A stretch of 64,000 bases of DNA from an uncultured Gammaproteobacteria bacterium (lineage in GTDB: Bacteria; Patescibacteriota; Patescibacteriia; Magasanikbacterales; GWA2-37-8), in the NCBI GenBank assembly GCA_964465205.1, contig CAYXJO010000002.1, positions 26,350 through 90,349 on the forward strand. Direction: 5' to 3'. Below the pieces are notes generated by a model, which saw only the letters and a program-made list of their open reading frames with translations, searched no databases and was not told the DNA's origin. Below are positions 46,977 through 56,408 of this stretch, piece by piece. The position numbers and the translations under genes are program-made. The number at the start of each line of letters is the position of its first letter. The stretch's first letter is position 1.

Positions 46977-47903
46977 TTATGATAATTTACTAAGTACCAG
47001 TGCCAGTATTGCTTGTCGGACGAATAGGCCATTCTCGGCTTGTTCAAAATAATAGGCGTGTTTGGTTTTGTCCACGTCCGTTGATATTTCGTTTACCCGT
47101 GGCAGGGGATGAAGTATCCTCAAATTAGGCTTGGCATCACCGAGCATGTTTGTGTTTAGCACAAAGGCGTTTTTTACCCGTTCGTAATCCATCGGATCGG
47201 CAAAACGCTCTCCTTGGATGCGGGTCATGTATAGGATATCCACTTTGTTGATTACTTCTTCAATTTTTTTATGTAAAGAAAATTTAATTTTTTTAGATTT
47301 TAGTTCACTGCAGATGTGGCTAGGCATTTGCAGTACTTCGGGTGCTACCAGATATAAAGTAGTGTTAAAATGAGTGAGGGCTTGAGCAAGCGAATGCACA
47401 GTGCGACCGTATTTGAGGTCACCTACTAGCGCGATTTTGAGGCCGGTCAATTTTTTTTGTGTTTCCAAAATTGTAAATAGGTCTAAAAGGGTTTGAGTGG
47501 GGTGTTGGTTGGCGCCATCGCCGCCGTTGATGATTGGTTTATTAGTAGCTTCGGCCGCGCGGCGAGCCGCCCCCTCAATGGGGTGGCGCATGGCTATAAC
47601 ATCTACGTATTGGCCAATTATTTTGACCGCATCATATAATGATTCGCCTTTTTTGGCACTAGTGACAGCGGGATCGGCAAATCCAATCACTCGGCCGCCT
47701 AGCCGTTGCATGGCAGTCTCGAACGATAGGCGGGTGCGCGTGCTTGGTTCGAAGAAGCACGACCCCATCACTTGGCCGTCTAATAGTTTCGGCTGGTTTT
47801 TTTTCTTCAATTCACCAGCGACTTTCAAGATGTGTAGTATCTCTTCTTTGGATAGTTCCGGGATCGAGATAATGTCCCGTCCGAATAGCATTGGTTTGGG
47901 CAT
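46977..47903 (-). CDS. pyrB: Aspartate carbamoyltransferase catalytic subunit PyrB
   Basis: [26 protein letters not shown] and ILHPLPR motifs. Start taken at [13 protein letters not shown] (47903); the upstream in-frame extension overlaps the attenuator. Confidence 0.9.
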   Translation of the reverse strand: MPKPMLFGRDIISIPELSKEEILHILKVAGELKKKNQPKLLDGQVMGSCFFEPSTRTRLSFETAMQRLGGRVIGFADPAVTSAKKGESLYDAVKIIGQYVDVIAMRHPIEGAARRAAEATNKPIINGGDGANQHPTQTLLDLFTILETQKKLTGLKIALVGDLKYGRTVHSLAQALTHFNTTLYLVAPEVLQMPSHICSELKSKKIKFSLHKKIEEVINKVDILYMTRIQGERFADPMDYERVKNAFVLNTNMLGDAKPNLRILHPLPRVNEISTDVDKTKHAYYFEQAENGLFVRQAILALVLSKLS

Positions 47904-47991
47904 ATGTAAAAAAATACCGCCTCGGGGGCGGTGACTAAAAAAATAAACAAATAGAGTCTTGGTGGTCTTGGAGAAAAATGGCATTAATCAT
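47904..47991 (-). promoter_or_regulatory. pyrBI-type transcription attenuator: 18-codon leader ORF ([18 protein letters not shown]), U-rich pause tract, GC hairpin ccgcccccgaggcgg, U7, then the pyrB start
   Basis: Leader ORF 47935..47991. Hairpin 47917..47931. A-run 47908-47914 on plus strand = U7 on the mRNA. Leader stop codon abuts the hairpin. Confidence 0.5.
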
Positions 47992-48079
47992 ATCTAATAA
48001 TAAAGTATAACAGACAGAGTGTGACGGCACAAGTAATACTTATCCACAGTATTTTAAATGATAATTTTGCAACATTTAA

Positions 48080-48110
48080 TCACTAAAACCGCGCCTCGGA
48101 GCGCGGTCAT
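48080..48110 (-). terminator. Bidirectional terminator hairpin accgcgcctcggagcgcggt + T-run downstream of gatB
   Basis: Read from the sequence. Confidence 0.55.
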
Positions 48111-48113
48111 TTT

Positions 48114-49664
48114 TTATTTTAGTTTTTCTCTTAATAGTTTTTCGGCTATTACCGGGTCAGCGCTTCCTTCTGTGGCTTTCATTACCATACCTTTTAGAAA
48201 TTGTAAGATTGGCTCTTTGCCAGCTCGAAATTGAGCTGCTTGCGCTGGATAGTTCTTAACAACTTCATCAATAACTCCTCCCAGAGCATTCTCGTCGCTC
48301 ACCATGCCATAACCTTTTTCTTCCATGATGTGAGTTGGGTCCATATCTACTCCCGATTCCAGCATCTCGATAAGAATTTTTTGGGCATTGGTAGAATTTA
48401 CTCGATTGGTAAAAACTAACGCCATCAATTCGCCAAAATTTTCCGGTTTAATTTTTAGTATTCGAATATCTATAGCGCGTTCGGCCATGGCACCCATGAG
48501 TTTGGATGTTATCCAACCACCAGCCAGTTTGGCCAATTGTGTTCTTTTGGCCGCAATAATATTATTTGCATCCGATGCTGTTTCAGGCAGATCCTCGATC
48601 CATTCATACAGATCACTCATTGCGCCCTCGGTAAATTCCACCCAATATTTATTGGCGGATAACAAGTAGGCGTCGGCATAAGAAAAACCATACTCTTCGT
48701 GTAGACGTTTTCTGGTTTGTGCTGGTAATTCGGGCAGGCTAATTTCGCCGGCGATTTTTATCGGGTTAAACGGAGGAATATCTGGCTCGGGGAAATAGCG
48801 ATAGTCGGCCGAAGTTTCTTTTTCGCGTTGCATTACTGTCTCGCCTTTGGCATCATCCCAACCACGAGTTTGTTGTTTCCAAGTTTCGCCTTTGGCGAGC
48901 ATTTCGGTCTGACGTTTGATTTCGTATTCAATCGCTTTTTCTACTGCACGGAATGAGTTGATGTTTTTGACTTCTACTTTGGGATTTAATTTATAATTTC
49001 CAGCCGGGCGAATCATGCCATTGGCGACATCGTACTTGCCTTCTTCTTGTAATGAAATATTTACCTCACAACGCATGTGGCCTTTTTCCATATCAGCATC
49101 GCTGGCTTCGAGTGCGCGAAAGATCATCTGTAATTCTTGGCAATATGCTTTGGCTTCTGCCGCACTTTGGATATCTGGTTCAGATACAATCTCGACCAGT
49201 GGCACGCCGGCGCGATTGAAATCCACCAAGGTTTCGCCAGTAGTGCCGTGCAATAATTTGGCGGTATCTTCTTCCAAATGTACACGCGTAATACCGATCG
49301 GCGCATTTTCGCGGTGATTTTTTCCGGTCAAAAATTGCAATTCAATATTGCCATGTTCGCCAATTGGCTGGTCATACTGTGAAATTTGATAGGCCTTGGG
49401 CAAATCCGGATAAAAATAATGTTTACGATCAAATTTGCTTTCGGAATTTATTTTACAACCCAAAGCCGTGGCAATTTTTACCGTCCATTCTATGGCGGTT
49501 TTATTGGGTACGGGGAGAGTGCCTGGTTGGGCCGTGCAAATAGGGCAGATGTTGGTGTTGGGCGAACCGCGATCGGGATCGTTTGGGCACGCACAAAACA
49601 TCTTGGACTTAGTTTTTAGTTCCACATGTATTTCCATGCCGACAATTGGGATTAGTTTTGACAT
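48114..49664 (-). CDS. gatB: Aspartyl/glutamyl-tRNA(Asn/Gln) amidotransferase subunit B
   Basis: MSKLIPIVGMEIHVELKT...CPNDPD...ICPICTAQPGTLP, and C-terminal GatB/YqeY domain. Confidence 0.95.
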   Translation of the reverse strand: MSKLIPIVGMEIHVELKTKSKMFCACPNDPDRGSPNTNICPICTAQPGTLPVPNKTAIEWTVKIATALGCKINSESKFDRKHYFYPDLPKAYQISQYDQPIGEHGNIELQFLTGKNHRENAPIGITRVHLEEDTAKLLHGTTGETLVDFNRAGVPLVEIVSEPDIQSAAEAKAYCQELQMIFRALEASDADMEKGHMRCEVNISLQEEGKYDVANGMIRPAGNYKLNPKVEVKNINSFRAVEKAIEYEIKRQTEMLAKGETWKQQTRGWDDAKGETVMQREKETSADYRYFPEPDIPPFNPIKIAGEISLPELPAQTRKRLHEEYGFSYADAYLLSANKYWVEFTEGAMSDLYEWIEDLPETASDANNIIAAKRTQLAKLAGGWITSKLMGAMAERAIDIRILKIKPENFGELMALVFTNRVNSTNAQKILIEMLESGVDMDPTHIMEEKGYGMVSDENALGGVIDEVVKNYPAQAAQFRAGKEPILQFLKGMVMKATEGSADPVIAEKLLREKLK

Positions 49665-49748
49665 ATTGACAAAATAGTATCTTTACAGTAGTTTTAATAT
49701 TATAAGATGTTGGTTTAAACAGAAACAGGAGTACTTCACAACGAGGAG

Positions 49749-50024
49749 GTGATTATGGTGGAGTCAAATCAGGATGTGTTTGAATTGCCCAGCGAGAACC
49801 AATGGGCATATAAAATTGCAATTTGGGCGGGACAGAATATTGTGACTCGTGTCATCATAGTCCCAATTTTGGTCATATTGGCCATCTACAACTATGGGCT
49901 ACCCATCATTTTCTTGGTCGAATCGATCCAAGAGCAGCGGTGGGGCAAGGCCTTAGCTTGGTTTGTGACCAACATTGTTCTTTACGGTATTCCGATGTGG
50001 GCGTTCTTTCATTATGTGTTGTGA
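49749..50024 (+). CDS. Small 2-TM membrane protein (91 aa) encoded antisense within the gatA-gatB gap
   Basis: Strong SD gaggagg 7 nt before the ATG. Hydrophobic helices. Confidence 0.45.
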   Translation: MIMVESNQDVFELPSENQWAYKIAIWAGQNIVTRVIIVPILVILAIYNYGLPIIFLVESIQEQRWGKALAWFVTNIVLYGIPMWAFFHYVL

Positions 50025-50088
50025 ATGCTCATTTACGGAAACAGCCGGACAAATCATTTGCCCCTTGGTAACTCTTGGGGCGTTTTTA

Positions 50089-51519
50089 TTAAATCTGACT
50101 CGCTAAATTCAAAACTTCACTTTCGTGTAATCGCGGCCCGATAATCTGTGCGCCCACCGGCAATCCCGCGGCAGTCATCCCGGCCGGAATCGATATTGCC
50201 GGCAATCCCGCCACAGCAGCTGGGGATACAAATACATCCGCCAGGTACATGGCCAATACGTCATCCTTTTTTTCGCCAACTCCAAATGCTGGGAATGGTG
50301 ATGTTGGCGTGATCAACAAATCCACTTCTTTAAATATTTTTTCAAAATCACGAATAATTAAGGTGCGCACTTTTTGGGCTTTGCGGTAGTAGGCATCATA
50401 ATATCCGGCAGAGAGCGCGTAAGTGCCCACCATAATGCGACGCTTTACTTCTTCGGGGAACCCAGCCGCGCGGGATTTGGCATAAATATCGTATAAATTG
50501 TCGGCCTGTGCACGCACTCCATAGCGTATGCCATCAAGACGGCCCATATTGGAACTATCTTCGCTGGGCACCACAATGTAATACACTGGTATGGCGTATT
50601 TGGTATAGGGGAGTGAAACAGGAACAATTTTATGGCCGGCAGTTTTTAGAGCATTTATTTTTTCTTCTACAATTTTTTTTGTTTCCGCGTCCATGCCGTC
50701 TAGTTCAAAATATTCTTGGGGCACACCAACAGTAAATTTTTTCTTTTTGGAAATTTGTTTGGTGTAATCCGGCACTTCATCTGGTACAGTGGTGGCATCG
50801 TGTGCGTCTATTCCGGCCATAACCGAAAGTACCAGTGCACAATCGGCCACAGTTTTGGTGATTGGTCCAACTGTATCGAGTGATGATGCCATCGGCATGA
50901 TGCCGTAGCGTGAATTGCGTCCGTATGAGGGGCGTAGCCCGACCGCACCGCAAAAAGCGGCTGGTTGGCGAATGGAACCGCCAGTATCTTCGGCGATTGA
51001 AAACAAACACATGTGTGCCGCTACCGACGCTGCCGATCCACCAGATGACCCGCCAGCTACTTTGGATTCATCGTGGGGATTGCGCACGGGGCCATACATG
51101 CTGTTCTCATTGCTGGCACCATGACCAAATGCGTCGCAGTTGGTTTTGCCAATCAAAACTCCACCGGCAGCACGGATTTTACCGATCACCGTGGCCTCGT
51201 ATGGTGCAATATAATTATCCAAAATTTTGGCTGATGCGGTAGAGCGAATATCTACCGTGCAGATTGCGTCTTTTACCGAAAAGGGGATGCCGGTGAGCGG
51301 TCCGCCTTTACCGGCGGCAATAATGGTATCGGCTTCGGCCGCTTCGGCCAGTGCAGTTTCTTCGCATACAGTAATAAACGCATTGATCGTTTTGTTTTTT
51401 TCTTTTATCACATCCAAACAAGCGCGCGTCAAATCAACGGCTGTAAATTGTTTGTTTTTCAACCCTTCGGCCGCTTCAGCAATTGTGAATTCGTTTAATT
51501 TTTTGTCCATATTATTCAA
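50089..51519 (-). CDS. gatA: Glutamyl-tRNA(Gln) amidotransferase subunit A (amidase family)
   Basis: Amidase signature GGSSGGSAASVAA and Ser-cisSer-Lys triad context. Size is 476 aa. Confidence 0.95.
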   Translation of the reverse strand: MNNMDKKLNEFTIAEAAEGLKNKQFTAVDLTRACLDVIKEKNKTINAFITVCEETALAEAAEADTIIAAGKGGPLTGIPFSVKDAICTVDIRSTASAKILDNYIAPYEATVIGKIRAAGGVLIGKTNCDAFGHGASNENSMYGPVRNPHDESKVAGGSSGGSAASVAAHMCLFSIAEDTGGSIRQPAAFCGAVGLRPSYGRNSRYGIMPMASSLDTVGPITKTVADCALVLSVMAGIDAHDATTVPDEVPDYTKQISKKKKFTVGVPQEYFELDGMDAETKKIVEEKINALKTAGHKIVPVSLPYTKYAIPVYYIVVPSEDSSNMGRLDGIRYGVRAQADNLYDIYAKSRAAGFPEEVKRRIMVGTYALSAGYYDAYYRKAQKVRTLIIRDFEKIFKEVDLLITPTSPFPAFGVGEKKDDVLAMYLADVFVSPAAVAGLPAISIPAGMTAAGLPVGAQIIGPRLHESEVLNLASQI

Positions 51520-51805
51520 AAACAGCTTTTACTTTCAAAATTTTGTCTAATTTTTCCGGGAAGGCGACGATAATTTTCGCGCGCATTTCTGGCGAGCAAG
51601 GTTCGGCCACATCCGCGCGTACCACATTTTCGAGTCCAGTTACTTGGCAAGTTTCTGGCACACCCTCGGTGTCCACTTCGTTTAGCTGTTCAATATAATC
51701 CAAAACAGCCGTTAGTTGCTCGGCATACATCCCTTTGTCTTTTTCCGACAATTCCAATCGGGCCAATTTGGCGATTTCTTCAATTTTTTGGGGGGTTAAC
51801 TTCAT
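51512..51805 (-). CDS. gatC: Glutamyl-tRNA(Gln) amidotransferase subunit C
   Basis: IEEIAKLARLELSEKDKGMYAEQLTAVLDYIEQL. Overlaps the gatA start. Confidence 0.85.
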   Translation of the reverse strand: MKLTPQKIEEIAKLARLELSEKDKGMYAEQLTAVLDYIEQLNEVDTEGVPETCQVTGLENVVRADVAEPCSPEMRAKIIVAFPEKLDKILKVKAVFE

Positions 51806-51838
51806 ATTTAATTTAGCAGCTGTATTATATCGAAATGC

Positions 51839-52513
51839 CTATTTTTGCGCAAGTTTTAGACGATTTAGGAAGCTGCGACCCACCGTTATACCAACTACAG
51901 TACCTACGATTGCTCCGGCTACAAAATCCGAAAACCAGTGGATGTTGGTGGATATTCCAGTACCAATATATAGTGCGTATAGCGGAGCCAAAAATCTAAT
52001 TATTTTATTTTTGGGGTATAGTGTTAATAAAGCGATCGCCATGGCGAACGCCACAGTAGTGTGCGATGATGGCCAGCCCCAAAATATTCCGCCACGCATG
52101 AAACCAAATTGAAATACATGGCTAATGTCGGTAGTGCCGCCGATTTGGTGAAAAGGTGGCGGTACCCGGCCGGTGAAAGTTTTATAAAATGCCGACACAA
52201 ACCATCCTAGTGCCGCTGCTTGCCCCAAAGCGTAAGCGGTGTTTTTGATTTGTAAATTTTTTAAAAGTTTGCCAAAAATTAACACGATAAACGGTGTGAG
52301 TATTGGTAATAATCCACCCACTATCGCCGCTGGGAAAAGTATGGCTTGCAACGTGTTCGATCGGGTGTGGGTAAAATAAAACCAATCAAATCCACTAACT
52401 ACAATGGTATAAGTGATAATAATGGTTAAAATATGCCAAAAAAATATTTTGCCACGGAAACAACGGATTAAATTTTTTGGTAGTTCAAAGAAAAATCCTG
52501 ACATAACTAACAA
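51839..52513 (-). CDS. PAP2-family (type 2 phosphatidic acid phosphatase-like) membrane phosphatase
   Basis: KxxxxxxRP-like region, PSGH (WPSSHTTVAFAMA) and SRxxxxxHxxxD-like motifs. Multiple TM helices. Confidence 0.8.
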   Translation of the reverse strand: MLVMSGFFFELPKNLIRCFRGKIFFWHILTIIITYTIVVSGFDWFYFTHTRSNTLQAILFPAAIVGGLLPILTPFIVLIFGKLLKNLQIKNTAYALGQAAALGWFVSAFYKTFTGRVPPPFHQIGGTTDISHVFQFGFMRGGIFWGWPSSHTTVAFAMAIALLTLYPKNKIIRFLAPLYALYIGTGISTNIHWFSDFVAGAIVGTVVGITVGRSFLNRLKLAQK

Positions 52514-52563
52514 TTTTATCCAAACCCCGGTTTTGTGCCGGGGTTTGGATAAAACATTATATA

Positions 52564-53112
52564 TTATAATTGTGGTTGTTCAGCGTCCATTTGGCTGGAT
52601 GTTGGAGGTTGGTTTTGGCCTGGCGCCGGCGGCATTGGCTTCGGTGGTTTTTGCGCTCGAACTTCCTCTCGTTGTTTTTTTAGTTCTTCTTTTTTCAGCT
52701 TCAACGCTTCTTGTTTTTGTTTTAGAAATTCCTGTTTCTTTTTCAGCTGTTCTTTGTAAGTTGACAATAAATTTGCTTTAGTGGTTTTGGTGATTTTACG
52801 TATCGCATCCATTTTGGCCTTATATTCATCGCGAATGGCTTTGATTTTTTCGTTCATTTCTTTAATCAAAGCATTAATTTGTTTTTGGTTTTCTTTATTG
52901 ATGATGTTTAGTTCTTTGTTGTAATTCAAAACCGTTCCGGGTGGCGTCGGAGTGGGCGAGGTCATGATTGTTGGGGTGGGTGTTTCGCTGTTTAGTAAAG
53001 TAGGCTCTGTCACAGTGGTCGTGGTAGAATCTTCTTCTTGAGCCTGCGCCGTCACCACGCCGACTGTTAACGCTCCAACCAATATTAATATTGATAAATA
53101 GTATTTCTTCAT
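52564..53112 (-). CDS. Secreted protein: signal peptide, Pro/Thr-rich linker and K/E-rich coiled coil (182 aa)
   Basis: MKKYYLSILILVGALTVGVVTAQA signal. PTPTPP tracts. Heptad-like KEQLKKKQEFLKQKQEALKLKKEELKK. Confidence 0.55.
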   Translation of the reverse strand: MKKYYLSILILVGALTVGVVTAQAQEEDSTTTTVTEPTLLNSETPTPTIMTSPTPTPPGTVLNYNKELNIINKENQKQINALIKEMNEKIKAIRDEYKAKMDAIRKITKTTKANLLSTYKEQLKKKQEFLKQKQEALKLKKEELKKQREEVRAQKPPKPMPPAPGQNQPPTSSQMDAEQPQL

Positions 53113-53208
53113 ATTTTTAATGTTTAATTTGATATTTTTTTCGACATTTAATCACTGTTTAGGATGACGGTATTTTAGCATACTTTGCCAAAATTATAAA
53201 TTATCAAA

Positions 53209-53235
53209 TTTTGCTCCGGGGGCAGGGGTCGAACC
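53209..53235. repeat. 27-nt direct repeat of the tRNA-Asn 3' end (T-loop through discriminator + 4 nt); att-like left boundary of an inserted islet
   Basis: ttttgctccgggggcaggggtcgaacc is identical to 56167..56193. Sequence diverges exactly at the T-stem 5' strand, so no full tRNA is present here. Confidence 0.6.
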
Positions 53236-53458
53236 GACGACTAATTGGTCATACTTATCCAAAGTTTTTGATAAGAGGTGGGTTATATCATTTCCCGAAT
53301 TGATTAGGAGCAGGGTGTTTCGGTTGATATTTTTTCAACCTATTCTCTGTTGAGGTGGTCTTCATATTTTATATTCTCAGAAAATTAAATTGGAAAGAAT
53401 TTATTTTATATGGCATAATTAATACGATAAAAAGATTATTGCAAAATTAGATATTAGT

Positions 53459-54436
53459 ATGAGAACACATATTAAAAAAGTAGTTATATTACCCGGTGAT
53501 GGCATAGGGCAAGAAGTGGTTCCGATAGCTGTCCGTGCGTTAGAAATAATCATAAGAGAAAAAGAGCTGCCAATTGAACTACAGTGGGGTGAAGTCGGAG
53601 AGATTGCCTACCAACACACAGGTCAATATTTTCCTGAATTATCGAAAAAAATATGTGATACTGCTGACGCAATTCTTTTTGGAGCTGTAACTAATAAACC
53701 TCTTTTAGAATTGAGGAAAAGGTATGGTTTGTTTGCAAATATTAGACCTGTTGTGGGAAACAAAGTCGATTTGGTAATTTTTAGAGAACTTACTGGGGGG
53801 ATTTATTTTGGTAAATGTGGAACTAAAACAGTTAGAGGAGTTAAAAAAGGATATCACACAATGGAATATAGCTTACAAGAAATTAAACGAATTGCTAGGT
53901 TGAGTTTTCAATATGCGACTGAGCATAACAAAAAATTAAGTTCATTAGATAAAGATAATGCTTTGCCCTTTTTAAAATGGAGAAAAACAGTAACTCAAGT
54001 TGCCCGGGAGTTTCCCAAAGTAAAATATCAGCATATGTATATAGATAATGCTTTGGCACAGGTGTATAGGGACCCAAAACAATTTCAAGTTGTATTATGT
54101 TCTAATCTTTTTGGTGATCTTTTTAGTGATTTAGCCGCCGAAATTTCTGGGGGATTAAGCACCGCTGCGTCTATTAGTTTGAATGATAAAGGGTTTATAC
54201 TTTGTGAGCCGGTTCATGGTACGGCCCCAGACATAGTTGGTAAGAATATTGCAGATCCCACGGGTGCTTTACGTTCAGTCCAGTTAATGTTAAGTTATTT
54301 CGGATATAAAAATGAAGGACAAATTTTGGAGAAGGCAATCAGCATCACTTTAAGGCAAATTGATAAAAAAATACAGAAATTTTTGACGAAAGATTATGAA
54401 AATAAATTGGTATCTAATATTAAAAAAATAATATGA
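53459..54436 (+). CDS. Isocitrate/3-isopropylmalate dehydrogenase family enzyme (LeuB-like, short form)
   Basis: VILPGDGIGQEVV and NLFGDLFSDLAAEISGGL signatures. AT-rich relative to the rest of the window. Confidence 0.8.
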   Translation: MRTHIKKVVILPGDGIGQEVVPIAVRALEIIIREKELPIELQWGEVGEIAYQHTGQYFPELSKKICDTADAILFGAVTNKPLLELRKRYGLFANIRPVVGNKVDLVIFRELTGGIYFGKCGTKTVRGVKKGYHTMEYSLQEIKRIARLSFQYATEHNKKLSSLDKDNALPFLKWRKTVTQVAREFPKVKYQHMYIDNALAQVYRDPKQFQVVLCSNLFGDLFSDLAAEISGGLSTAASISLNDKGFILCEPVHGTAPDIVGKNIADPTGALRSVQLMLSYFGYKNEGQILEKAISITLRQIDKKIQKFLTKDYENKLVSNIKKII

Positions 54437-56112
54437 AGTTAACAATGATATTAAAAGATAATATTAATACCGATGACATAATTCCTGCGAAATTTTGTTC
54501 TTCTTATGATCCTAATGAGTTAAAAAAACATGTTTTTGAGTATTTATTAAAGAAAAGTGATTTGAAGGGCGTGAAAATTATTCGTGCTGGTGAGAATTTT
54601 GGCTGCGGCAGCAGTAGGGAACATGCAGCGATAGCTCTTAAAGCATTCGGGATAAAAAAGATTATTGCAAAATCATTTTCTGATATTTTCTACAGAAATG
54701 CAATAAATATCGGACTGGAAGTAAGGCAAATATTTGAGAAGAAGACTCCTCTGCTAATTAATAAAATAATTAAAGCCGGAGGATTGTCTAATTTCAACAA
54801 AAAAGAAAATGAATTTTTTAAAAAGGAGAAAAAACAAACCAGAAAAAGGACGATTGTTGAAAAAATTATTCTAAATGCTTGTGGCGGAAAAGGTGTTAAA
54901 GCCGGACAAGTTGTCTTTGCTAGACCGGGTTTGGTTATGAGTCATGATGCTGTTGCTCCAAATGCAATTGATTTGTTTTATGAGCTCTATGGGCGGGGTG
55001 CTAAGATAAAATATCCTGGCAGATTTGTTTTTGTGGGCGATCATTTTATCCAAGCGAACGACATCCGGAGAGATCCAGGCCCTATTAGGCTGTACCAGAA
55101 GATGGTTGGCTTTGCTAAGCAACAGAACATTAAAGTTTACAAAAAAGTAAAAAACAATGAAGCGACTGGAATTTGTCATATTCTTTTGCCAGAGAAAGGG
55201 CACATCTTGCCAGGGCAATTTGTGGTGGGGACGGATAGTCACTCCTCGACTTATGGTGCATTAGGTGTCTTTTCTAGAGCGATAGGCACTACTGATTTGG
55301 TAAACCTTCTCAAAACAGGAGAAGTGTGGCTGGAAGTTCCCGAAACGATAAAAATAACAATTAACGGAAAATTAAAAAAAGGAGTTACAGCAAAAGATGT
55401 AATATTATTTGTGATTAAAGACTTGGGAAAAAACGCACAGGGCAAGGTGCTTGAATTCTATGGGGATGTAATTAAGGATTTAGATATTGACGAAAGATTT
55501 GTGTTGGCGAACATGTCTATTGAAGCGGGCGCGATGTGTGGAATTGTGCCTGTTGATAAAAAGACAATTGAATATTTGAAGAAAAAAACAAAAAAGAAAT
55601 TTGTTAAAGTTTTTGCTGACAAAGAAGCAAAATATATTTTTGAAAAAAAATACAATTTATCTTCATTGAGTCAGCAAGTTGCAAAGCCGTATTCTCCTGT
55701 AAATACAGTAACTAGGGATAGCTTGAAAAAGATAAAAATTAATAATGCATATATAGGTAGTTGCACAGGTGGCAAGTTGAACGACTTGAGAATGGCCGCT
55801 GAAGCACTAAAAGACAAAAAGATCAACGCCGAAGTAAAATTATATGTTGTTCCTGCGACCCAAGAAATAAAAAAACAAGCAGCCTTTTTAGGATATCTGG
55901 ATATTTTTAAGAAGGCCGGTGCAGTAATCTTGCCATCAGGGTGTGGTGCTTGCATTAATGCTGGTAGAGGAGTTTTGCAAAATAATGAAATCGGTATTTT
56001 TGCCACAAATCGTAATTTTATCGGTAGAAATGGACATCCTGATTCAAAAGTATATTTAGCCTCTCCCGTTGTGGTGGCAGAATCAGCAATCAGCGGATAT
56101 ATAGGAAATTAG
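54433..56112 (+). CDS. Aconitase-family dehydratase: fused LeuD-like swivel domain (N-terminal) + LeuC-like catalytic domain
   Basis: N-terminal NINTDDIIPAKF...GENFGCGSSREHA (LeuD). Then GTDSHSSTYGALG, GSCTGGKLNDL and PSGCGACINAG (three Fe-S Cys ligands, LeuC). Start overlaps the leuB-like stop. Confidence 0.8.
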   Translation: MKLTMILKDNINTDDIIPAKFCSSYDPNELKKHVFEYLLKKSDLKGVKIIRAGENFGCGSSREHAAIALKAFGIKKIIAKSFSDIFYRNAINIGLEVRQIFEKKTPLLINKIIKAGGLSNFNKKENEFFKKEKKQTRKRTIVEKIILNACGGKGVKAGQVVFARPGLVMSHDAVAPNAIDLFYELYGRGAKIKYPGRFVFVGDHFIQANDIRRDPGPIRLYQKMVGFAKQQNIKVYKKVKNNEATGICHILLPEKGHILPGQFVVGTDSHSSTYGALGVFSRAIGTTDLVNLLKTGEVWLEVPETIKITINGKLKKGVTAKDVILFVIKDLGKNAQGKVLEFYGDVIKDLDIDERFVLANMSIEAGAMCGIVPVDKKTIEYLKKKTKKKFVKVFADKEAKYIFEKKYNLSSLSQQVAKPYSPVNTVTRDSLKKIKINNAYIGSCTGGKLNDLRMAAEALKDKKINAEVKLYVVPATQEIKKQAAFLGYLDIFKKAGAVILPSGCGACINAGRGVLQNNEIGIFATNRNFIGRNGHPDSKVYLASPVVVAESAISGYIGN

Positions 56113-56171
56113 ATAATCAAAAAAGCAAAAAACAGTGCAATTTATTATTTATCACATTGTGTTTATTTTTG

Positions 56172-56243
56172 CTCCGGGGGCAGGGGTCGAACCTGCGATA
56201 TCCACGTTAACAGCGTGGCGTTGTACCACTCAACTACCCCGGA
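56172..56243 (-). tRNA. tRNA-Asn (anticodon GTT), CCA not encoded
   Basis: Manual cloverleaf: acceptor tccgggg/ccccgga, D-stem gttg/caac, anticodon stem ccacg/cgtgg with loop ctGTTaa, T-stem gcagg/cctgc, T-loop ttcgacc. Confidence 0.85.
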
Positions 56244-56408
56244 ATGAATCGGTCTAATTAAAAGACCCTCCATCGTGGGAGGGTCTTGTTATCTTTATTT
56301 TAACAAAACTTACCCACGTACTAGAGGGTTGTTATTATTGTTATTTTGGACGGAAAGTTTTGTCATATATTTTTATGCTATCACTTGTGTCAAAGACTGT
56401 CAAGTTTT

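Noticed and set aside
53209-53300. Second complete tRNA at the left boundary of the AT-rich islet
   Set aside because: Only the 3'-terminal 27 nt match tRNA-Asn. The upstream sequence cannot form T-stem, anticodon or D arms. It is interpreted as an att-site duplicate.
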